DNA of 40,446 nucleotides from a virus (Duplodnaviria; Heunggongvirae; Uroviricota; Caudoviricetes): IMG/VR virus record IMGVR_UViG_2630968766_000009; one strand, 5' to 3'. Shown piece by piece: positions 33,970 to 40,446 of this stretch (position 1 is its first letter; each line of letters starts with the position of its first letter). The notes under the pieces were generated by a model. It saw only the letters and a program-made list of their open reading frames with translations, ran no database searches and was not told where the DNA came from. The position numbers and the translations under genes were made by a program.

Positions 33970-35009
33970 CTCCATACAAAAGAGCTGATGTAGCATTCGA
34001 ATGGATTCGTGATCTAGAAGAACAGGGTTGTTTTTCAAAAGTATATCTGGCTCATGACAGACACCTAGCTCATGACTTGGTGATTAAAGAAATAGAAAAA
34101 AAAGAAAACACTAACCACGACGACTACTTTAATGAAGCAAGGCTTCTCTATAAACATGCACATCCAAATATTGTGCAAGTTCAGTATGCTGCTCAATGTG
34201 AGAGCAATATCTATATAGCCATGCCATTTTATCATAATGGTTCGCTAAACCAATTAATAAAAAAGATTAATCTTACGAGCAGGGAGATAATACGGTATTC
34301 TATTCAATTTTTAAGTGGGCTTTATCATATACACTCAAAAGGTCTTATGCATTTTGATATAAAACCTAATAACATCATGATATCAAACAGAAATGAGGCC
34401 ATGCTATCTGACTTTGGATTGTCTCAGTTAGTCAATGAGGAATCGAGAGCTGCGCCTGAGTTTGGATATCATTTTCATGTGCCACCGGAATATTTTTCTT
34501 TATCAACAAATGATTATAATTTCACATATGACATATATCAGGCAGGATTAACCATATATAGAATGTGTGTTGGATATGATAATTTTGAAAGAGAAAGATC
34601 TGCATTTAGAACGATTGAACAACTCAGAGAGTCGATAATTAATGGCTCCTATCCATTAAAAGAGTATCCTTCCCACATACATAAAAAATTGATAACAATA
34701 GTAAACAAATGCATTCATGTAGATCCAAATGAAAGATATCAATCCGTACTAGACGTACTAAACGATCTCTCAGCTATAAGTGATGGCGTTCTTGACTGGC
34801 GTCTACAGATGACAAAACCAACTAACGGCACATATGAATGGCAAAAAAAGTCTGGGGACGTTATACTGTCTATAGTTTTTGACGCAGAAAATTCGTCTAC
34901 TACTGGTTTTCGTTTATACGATGGTGGGCGGAAAAGGCGTGCTACGAACTTAACAATATCCTCAGGATGTACCCCTACAAAACTGTATAGGTTATTAAAG
35001 GATAACTGA
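33963..35009 (+). CDS. Eukaryotic-like (Hanks-type) protein kinase, Stk-like
   Basis: 348-aa ORF with conserved Lys in LVIKEI, catalytic loop HFDIKPNN, DFG in SDFGLS, PPE, and DIYQAG. Confidence 0.85.
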   Translation: MLTPYKRADVAFEWIRDLEEQGCFSKVYLAHDRHLAHDLVIKEIEKKENTNHDDYFNEARLLYKHAHPNIVQVQYAAQCESNIYIAMPFYHNGSLNQLIKKINLTSREIIRYSIQFLSGLYHIHSKGLMHFDIKPNNIMISNRNEAMLSDFGLSQLVNEESRAAPEFGYHFHVPPEYFSLSTNDYNFTYDIYQAGLTIYRMCVGYDNFERERSAFRTIEQLRESIINGSYPLKEYPSHIHKKLITIVNKCIHVDPNERYQSVLDVLNDLSAISDGVLDWRLQMTKPTNGTYEWQKKSGDVILSIVFDAENSSTTGFRLYDGGRKRRATNLTISSGCTPTKLYRLLKDN

Positions 35010-35011
35010 TC

Positions 35012-35176
35012 ATGAAAAAGTGCGAGGAAGTAAGTAAGCTGCCTCGCAGACGTGATGCAGCATTAGCGGTTCCCTACAAAAAAGATGAGTTCATAAGCTC
35101 TTCTGATGACAAAAAATTTTCAAAGGCAAAAAATTTTGCATCTACATCTCTAAAAGATAAATACTTTAAGATCTAG
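35012..35176 (+). CDS. Small lysine-rich ORF (54 aa) between the kinase gene and the terminator
   Basis: Manual translation: MKKCEEVSKLPRRRDAALAVPYKKDEFISSSDDKKFSKAKNFASTSLKDKYFKI; starts 2 nt after the kinase stop and ends at the hairpin. Below the ORF-track cutoff; may not be coding. Confidence 0.3.
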   Translation: MKKCEEVSKLPRRRDAALAVPYKKDEFISSSDDKKFSKAKNFASTSLKDKYFKI

Positions 35177-35203
35177 CCCGGCCACCGTGCCGGGTTTTCT
35201 TTT
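35176..35203 (+). terminator. Intrinsic terminator ending the cI-kinase operon (tImm-like)
   Basis: Hairpin cccggc-cacc(gt)-gccggg (35177-35194) followed by TTTTCTTTTG. Confidence 0.5.
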
Positions 35204-35346
35204 GTCCCCTCCCCTCATCACACAAACCGTTCGAAAAACCACCACAACCTCCCTTCAGTTATCGCTATGCGATGCAAGTCACAAAATTAATTCTTTTTGC
35301 TATCAAACAGTTAATATCAAAACACATCAATCAATAGCAATAAGTA

Positions 35347-35375
35347 TTGATACCACCAATAGCAATAGCTATTAT
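35347..35375 (+). promoter_or_regulatory. pL-like promoter with overlapping oL-like operators
   Basis: TTGATA (35347-35352) - 17 bp - TATTAT (35370-35375). The flanking caatcaatagcaataagtattga and ccaatagcaatagctattat motifs resemble those at the cI/cro intergenic region. Confidence 0.4.
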
Positions 35376-35481
35376 TACCATGTCGCAACAACACAACGAT
35401 ACGGCAACCGCCTGATTCACCGTTGCGATGACCGCTTAGATCCGCAGCTTGAATTTCGGCAGGCTCCGGGGAGTGCGAGGG

Positions 35482-35859
35482 GTGAAACGGACGCGTGAAC
35501 GTCGGTGTGACCAGCTGAAATCAACTCAACACCTCATACCTCAGTCGCTTCAACGAGGCGGCTTAGTTATGACAACCGGCGGCCATCCACCGCCTGAATA
35601 CGCGCAGAAGTCTCTATATGTTCAGCAGCCCAGCTTACGGGCAGGAGTTTTTATGGTTCATCAACATTATGGAACGCAGACCGTTAATCGAGGTGCGGTC
35701 ATGCCAGGAATGCTGGTCAAACACAAAGATGGTACCTGGACTGCATCAGCTAATTTACGCGGACGGCTATATCTGCATCGCGGCATCGAGCGCACTTATA
35801 CCCGTGATTTGCTCGTGGAAGTTTTTCTCGACGGACGCGGTAACGGCCTGAATCACTAA
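35482..35859 (+). CDS. Candidate N-like antiterminator with N-terminal arginine-rich motif (start uncertain)
   Basis: Open frame 35449-35859. A GTG at 35482 preceded by GGGAG gives an N-terminus (M)[15 protein letters not shown], resembling the ARM of lambda N (TRRRERR) and P22 N (TRRHERR). An alternative ATG at 35569 would exclude the ARM. Confidence 0.35.
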   Translation: MKRTRERRCDQLKSTQHLIPQSLQRGGLVMTTGGHPPPEYAQKSLYVQQPSLRAGVFMVHQHYGTQTVNRGAVMPGMLVKHKDGTWTASANLRGRLYLHRGIERTYTRDLLVEVFLDGRGNGLNH

Positions 35860-35934
35860 TCCCCTTTCCTGTTTTCCTAATCAGCCTGGCATTTCGCGGG
35901 CGATATTTTCACAGCCATTTTCAGGAGTTCAGCC

Positions 35935-36231
35935 ATGAACGCTTATTACATTCAGGATCGTCTTGAGGCTCAGAGCTGGGCGCGTCACTACCAGCAGATC
36001 GCCTGTGAAGAGAAAGAGGCAGAACTGGCAGACAACATGGAAAAAGGCCTGCCCCAGCACCTGTTTGAATCGCTATGTATCGATCATTTGCAACGCCACG
36101 GGGCCAGCAAAAAAGCCATTACCCGTGCGTTTGATGACGATGTTGAGTTTCAGGAGCGCATGGCAGAACACATCCGGTACATGGTTGAAACCATTGCTCA
36201 CCATCAGGTTGATATTGATTCAGAGGTATAA
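35935..36231 (+). CDS. gam: Gam, short form (RecBCD inhibitor)
   Basis: 98-aa [24 protein letters not shown]... matching remembered lambda GamS; AGGAG RBS. Confidence 0.9.
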   Translation: MNAYYIQDRLEAQSWARHYQQIACEEKEAELADNMEKGLPQHLFESLCIDHLQRHGASKKAITRAFDDDVEFQERMAEHIRYMVETIAHHQVDIDSEV

Positions 36232-36236
36232 AACGG

Positions 36237-37022
36237 ATGAGTACAGCACTCGCAACGCTGGCAGGGAAGCTGGCTGAACGTGTCGGCATGGATTCTGTCG
36301 ACCCACAGGAACTGATCACCACTCTTCGCCAGACGGCATTTAAAGGTGATGCCAGCGATGCGCAGTTCATCGCATTGTTGATCGTCGCCAACCAGTACGG
36401 CCTTAATCCGTGGACGAAAGAAATTTACGCCTTCCCTGATAAGCAGAACGGCATCGTTCCGGTGGTGGGCGTTGATGGCTGGTCCCGCATCATCAATGAA
36501 AACCAGCAGTTTGATGGCATGGACTTTGAGCAGGACAATGAATCCTGTACATGCCGGATTTACCGCAAGGACCGTAATCATCCGATCTGCGTTACCGAAT
36601 GGATGGATGAATGCCGCCGCGAACCATTCAAAACCCGCGAAGGCAGAGAAATCACCGGACCGTGGCAGTCGCATCCCAAACGAATGTTGCGGCATAAAGC
36701 CATGATTCAGTGTGCCCGTCTCGCCTTCGGATTTGCTGGTATCTATGACAAGGATGAAGCCGAGCGCATTGTCGAAAATACCGCATACACTGCAGAACGT
36801 CAGGCGGAACGCGACATCACTCCGGTTAACGATGAAACCATGCAGGAGATTAACACTCTGCTGATTGCCCTGGACAAAACATGGGATGACGACTTATTGC
36901 CGCTCTGTTCCCAGATATTTCGCCGCGACATTCGCGCATCGTCAGAACTGACACAGGCCGAAGCAGTGAAAGCTCTTGGATTCCTGAAACAGAAAGCCAC
37001 TGAGCAGAAGGTGGCAGCATGA
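36237..37022 (+). CDS. bet: Bet (Red-beta single-strand annealing protein)
   Basis: 261-aa [62 protein letters not shown]..., matching lambda Bet. Confidence 0.95.
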   Translation: MSTALATLAGKLAERVGMDSVDPQELITTLRQTAFKGDASDAQFIALLIVANQYGLNPWTKEIYAFPDKQNGIVPVVGVDGWSRIINENQQFDGMDFEQDNESCTCRIYRKDRNHPICVTEWMDECRREPFKTREGREITGPWQSHPKRMLRHKAMIQCARLAFGFAGIYDKDEAERIVENTAYTAERQAERDITPVNDETMQEINTLLIALDKTWDDDLLPLCSQIFRRDIRASSELTQAEAVKALGFLKQKATEQKVAA

Positions 37023-37699
37023 CACCGGACATTATCCTGCAGCGTACCGGGATCGACGTGAGAGCTGTCGAACAGGGGGATGATGCATGGCACAAATTAC
37101 GGCTCGGCGTCATCACCGCTTCAGAAGTTCACAATGTGATAGCAAAACCCCGCTCCGGAAAGAAATGGCCTGACATGAAAATGTCCTACTTCCACACCCT
37201 GCTTGCCGAGGTTTGCACCGGTGTGGCTCCGGAAGTTAACGCTAAGGCGCTGGCCTGGGGAAAACAGTACGAGAACGACGCCAGAGCCCTCTTTGAGTTC
37301 ACTTCCGGCGTGAATGTTACTGAATCCCCGATCATCTATCGCGACGAAAGTATGCGCACCGCCTGCTCTCCCGATGGTTTATGCAGTGACAGCAACGGCC
37401 TTGAACTGAAATGCCCGTTTACCTCCCGGGATTTCATGAAATTCCGGCTCGGTGGTTTCGAGGCCATAAAGTCGGCTTACATGGCCCAGGTGCAGTACAG
37501 CATGTGGGTGACGCGAAAAGATGCCTGGTACTTTGCCAACTATGACCCACGAATGAAGCGTGAAGGCCTGCATTATGTCGTGGTTGAGCGGGATGAAAAT
37601 TACATGGCGAGTTTTGACGAGATGGTGCCGGAGTTCATCGAAAAAATGGACGAGGCACTGGCTGAAATTGGTTTTGTATTTGGGGAGCAATGGCGATGA
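37019..37699 (+). CDS. exo: Exo (lambda exonuclease, Red-alpha)
   Basis: 226-aa [43 protein letters not shown]..., matching lambda Exo; overlaps the bet stop. Confidence 0.95.
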   Translation: MTPDIILQRTGIDVRAVEQGDDAWHKLRLGVITASEVHNVIAKPRSGKKWPDMKMSYFHTLLAEVCTGVAPEVNAKALAWGKQYENDARALFEFTSGVNVTESPIIYRDESMRTACSPDGLCSDSNGLELKCPFTSRDFMKFRLGGFEAIKSAYMAQVQYSMWVTRKDAWYFANYDPRMKREGLHYVVVERDENYMASFDEMVPEFIEKMDEALAEIGFVFGEQWR

Positions 37700-37878
37700 A
37701 GCATCCTCACGATAATATCCGGGTAGGTGCGATCACTTTCGTCTACTCCGTTACAAAGCGAGGCTGGGTATTTCCCAGCCTTTCTGTTATCCAAAATCCA
37801 CTGAAAGCCCAGCGGCTGGCTGAGGAGATAAATAATAAACGAGGGGCTGTATGCACAAAGCATCTCCTGTTGAGTTAA
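37690..37878 (+). CDS. Hypothetical protein (lambda orf60a-like)
   Basis: 62-aa ORF whose start overlaps the exo stop; remembered as similar to a small lambda ORF after exo. Confidence 0.55.
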   Translation: MAMKHPHDNIRVGAITFVYSVTKRGWVFPSLSVIQNPLKAQRLAEEINNKRGAVCTKHLLLS

Positions 37879-38042
37879 GAATGAGCATTGAGATGGCACA
37901 TAGCCTTGCTCAAATTGGAGTCAGGTTTGTGCCAATACCAGCAGAAACAGACGAAGAATTTCATACGTTAGCCACATCCCTTTCACAAAAGCTGGAAATG
38001 ATGGTGGCGAAAGCAGAAGCAGATGAGAGAGACCAGGTATGA
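37851..38042 (+). CDS. Hypothetical protein (lambda orf63-like)
   Basis: 63-aa [29 protein letters not shown]... in the next position after exo. Confidence 0.55.
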   Translation: MHKASPVELRMSIEMAHSLAQIGVRFVPIPAETDEEFHTLATSLSQKLEMMVAKAEADERDQV

Positions 38043-38118
38043 CAACCACTGAATGCATTTTTCTGGCAGCGGGCTTCATATTCTGTGTGCTTATGCTTGC
38101 CGACATGGGACTTGTTCA

Positions 38119-38334
38119 ATGACACCTCAGCAAGAAAACGCCCTTCGCAGTATTGCCCGTCAGGCTAATTCTGAAATCAAAAAAGCCAGACAGCAGTTTC
38201 CGGATAAAAACGTCGATGACATTTGCCGTAGCGTACTGAAGAAGCACCGCGAAACGGTAACGCTGATGGGATTCACACCGACTCACTTAAGTCTGGCAAT
38301 CGGCATGTTAAACGGCGTCTTTAAGGAACGGTGA
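38119..38334 (+). CDS. Hypothetical protein (lambda orf61-like); start uncertain
   Basis: Frame 38053-38334; the lambda-like product probably begins MTPQQENALRSIARQANSEIKKARQQF... Confidence 0.5.
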   Translation: MTPQQENALRSIARQANSEIKKARQQFPDKNVDDICRSVLKKHRETVTLMGFTPTHLSLAIGMLNGVFKER

Positions 38335-38356
38335 ACATGAAAAGCAAAATCATCAG

Positions 38357-38380
38357 GGAGCTACAGGCTCCTTTTTTATT
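38357..38380 (+). terminator. Intrinsic terminator in the pL operon
   Basis: Hairpin ggagc-tacag-gctcc (38357-38371) followed by TTTTTTATT. Confidence 0.45.
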
Positions 38381-38432
38381 ATTCGCATTCACCCTCAAGC
38401 GTATTAACCAACAATTCAGGGATTAATGGAAG

Positions 38433-38651
38433 ATGGCAGACATCATTGATTCAGCATCAGAAATCGAAGAATTACAGCGCAATACAGCAATAAAAATGCG
38501 TCGTCTGAACTACCAGACTGTATCTGCCACTCATTGTTGTGAGTGTGGCGATCCGATAGATGAGCGAAGACGCCTGGTCGTTCAGGGTTGTCGGACTTGT
38601 GCAAGTTGCCAGGAGGAGATCGAACTTAAGAACAAACAATGGGGATTGTGA
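38433..38651 (+). CDS. TraR/DksA-family C4 zinc-finger protein
   Basis: 72-aa ORF with CxxC...CxxC (CECGDPIDERRRLVVQGCRTCASC), typical of TraR-like RNA polymerase-binding proteins. Confidence 0.7.
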   Translation: MADIIDSASEIEELQRNTAIKMRRLNYQTVSATHCCECGDPIDERRRLVVQGCRTCASCQEEIELKNKQWGL

Positions 38652-38698
38652 TGGCCTCAAAGCAGCAAATTTCAACATCGTCCAACTGAGGTGTAAAA

Positions 38699-38938
38699 AT
38701 GTTCAGAATCATTTTTCCTAACACCTGGTACGTCGACCACCACGGCACTCCCTGCAAAATCCTGCGTTCTACCCACAACAAAGTTCACTACATCCGAAAA
38801 GGCAGAACATGTATCGCCAGCATGTTCCGCTTTAATCATGACTTTGAACCTGTGAATAAAGCTGATGCAGATCGGATAGCAGAAGAGATCGAAACGGCAG
38901 AACACATTAAGAAGTTACGTGCCATACGCAGGAAATAG
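38699..38938 (+). CDS. Hypothetical protein (79 aa)
   Basis: ORF with an AGGTG RBS between the TraR-like gene and xis; no domain recognised. Confidence 0.4.
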   Translation: MFRIIFPNTWYVDHHGTPCKILRSTHNKVHYIRKGRTCIASMFRFNHDFEPVNKADADRIAEEIETAEHIKKLRAIRRK

Positions 38939-39077
38939 AAAAATTGATAAATTCAATACTGCATTTCTCAGCATTAAATTTATCTCTATGACCAGTCAAG
39001 AGATGTACCTGCCATGAGCTTAATATCATGTCAGATATATCGGTCACAAACTCCCTCAGCAGCTAAGAGGAGGACAA

Positions 39078-39314
39078 ATGTCTCGACTAATCACTTTACA
39101 GGACTGGGCTAAAGAAGAATTTGGGGACTTAGCACCAAGTGAGCGAGTTCTGAAAAAATACGCGCAAGGGAAAATGATGGCCCCACCCGCTATAAAAGTT
39201 GGTCGCTACTGGATGATTGACCGAAATTCCCGTTTTGTAGGAACGCTTGCAGAACCGCAACTCCCAATAAACGCAAACCCAAAACTCCAACGGATAATCG
39301 CTGATGGCTGCTAG
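39078..39314 (+). CDS. xis: Excisionase Xis
   Basis: 78-aa ORF MSRLITLQDWAKEEF... (compare lambda Xis MYLTLQEW...); GAGGAG RBS; overlaps the int start, as in lambda. Confidence 0.8.
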   Translation: MSRLITLQDWAKEEFGDLAPSERVLKKYAQGKMMAPPAIKVGRYWMIDRNSRFVGTLAEPQLPINANPKLQRIIADGC

Positions 39315-40446
39315 ACCCCGATCTCACAAAATCTCTATACCCAATTTATATTGCAAATTAGATAAGCGAACCGGAAAGGTATATTGGCAATACAAACATC
39401 CACTATCCGGTCGTTTTCATAGCTTAGGAACTGATGAGAATGAAGCAAAACAAGTTGCTACTGAAGCAAATACCATTATTGCTGAACAACGTACCCGACA
39501 AATATTAAGCGTCAATGAGCGTCTGGAAAGAATGAAAGGCAGGCGCTCAGACATTACGGTGACAGAATGGCTTGATAAATATATTTCTATCCAGGAGGAC
39601 AGGCTGCAACATAATGAACTAAGACCCAACTCCTATCGGCAAAAAGGCAAACCCATTCGTCTTTTCCGTGAGCATTGTGGAATGCAACACCTCAAGGATA
39701 TTACCGCACTTGATATTGCCGAAATAATTGATGCTGTAAAGGCTGAAGGTCATAACAGGATGGCGCAAGTCGTGAGAATGGTGTTGATCGACGTCTTCAA
39801 AGAAGCACAACACGCAGGACATGTTCCGCCAGGATTTAACCCAGCGCAGGCAACAAAACAACCGCGAAATCGAGTAAACCGCCAAAGATTATCACTGCCC
39901 GAATGGCAGGCAATATTTGACAGCGTAAGCAGACGACAGCCCTATTTAAAATGCGGGATGCTACTTGCTCTTGTCACTGGACAACGTTTAGGCGATATCT
40001 GCAATTTGAAATTCTCTGATATCTGGGACGACATGTTGCACATTACTCAGGAAAAAACCGGTTCAAAACTTGCTATTCCGCTTAACCTGAAATGCGATGC
40101 TCTGAATATTACCCTTCGTGAAGTTATATCTCAGTGCAGGGATGCTGTTGTTAGTAAATATCTGGTCCATTACCGTCACACTACCTCTCAAGCAAACAGA
40201 GGAGACCAGGTTTCTGCAAATACTCTGACAACGGCTTTTAAAAAGGCCCGGGAAAAATGTGGCATAAAATGGGAGCAAGGAACTGCGCCCACATTTCATG
40301 AACAGCGATCTCTGTCAGAACGGTTATATCGGGAACAGGGTCTGGATACGCAAAAGTTGTTAGGCCATAAATCCAGAAAAATGACCGACCGATACAATGA
40401 TGATCGTGGTAAAGACTGGATTATCGTAGATATCAAAACAGCATAG
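39304..40446 (+). CDS. int: Tyrosine integrase (lambda Int family)
   Basis: 380-aa ORF; C-terminal ...LLGHKSRKMTDRYNDDRG parallels lambda Int ...LLGHKSDTMASQYRDDRG, including the catalytic Tyr. Confidence 0.9.
   Translation: MAARPRSHKISIPNLYCKLDKRTGKVYWQYKHPLSGRFHSLGTDENEAKQVATEANTIIAEQRTRQILSVNERLERMKGRRSDITVTEWLDKYISIQEDRLQHNELRPNSYRQKGKPIRLFREHCGMQHLKDITALDIAEIIDAVKAEGHNRMAQVVRMVLIDVFKEAQHAGHVPPGFNPAQATKQPRNRVNRQRLSLPEWQAIFDSVSRRQPYLKCGMLLALVTGQRLGDICNLKFSDIWDDMLHITQEKTGSKLAIPLNLKCDALNITLREVISQCRDAVVSKYLVHYRHTTSQANRGDQVSANTLTTAFKKAREKCGIKWEQGTAPTFHEQRSLSERLYREQGLDTQKLLGHKSRKMTDRYNDDRGKDWIIVDIKTA

Overview
The whole 40.4-kb window lies inside one lambda-like (lambdoid) prophage, read here in inverted orientation: the pR/late direction is the minus strand and the pL direction is the plus strand. 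From high to low coordinates: int-xis, exo-bet-gam, a candidate N, a cI operon carrying a eukaryotic-like protein kinase, cro-like and cII-like (YdaS/YdaT-type) genes, O (with ori iterons) and P, an accessory nin-region island, ninB-ninE-ybcO-rusA-Q, a porin gene, a lysis cassette, bor, cos, and a complete lambda-type head and tail gene set ending in lom and a truncated stf. No rRNA, tRNA, CRISPR array or IS element was seen. The most interesting parts are AT-rich accessory cassettes: (1) a three-gene kinase operon in the position lambda uses for rexAB; (2) a small-ORF plus HEPN-motif protein pair; (3) an Arc/Mnt/antirepressor-like module with operator-like repeats; (4) an orphan GNAT-like gene and an unknown 160-aa gene. 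All protein identifications come from reading the supplied translations against remembered lambda and phage 21 proteins and motifs; no database search was run.
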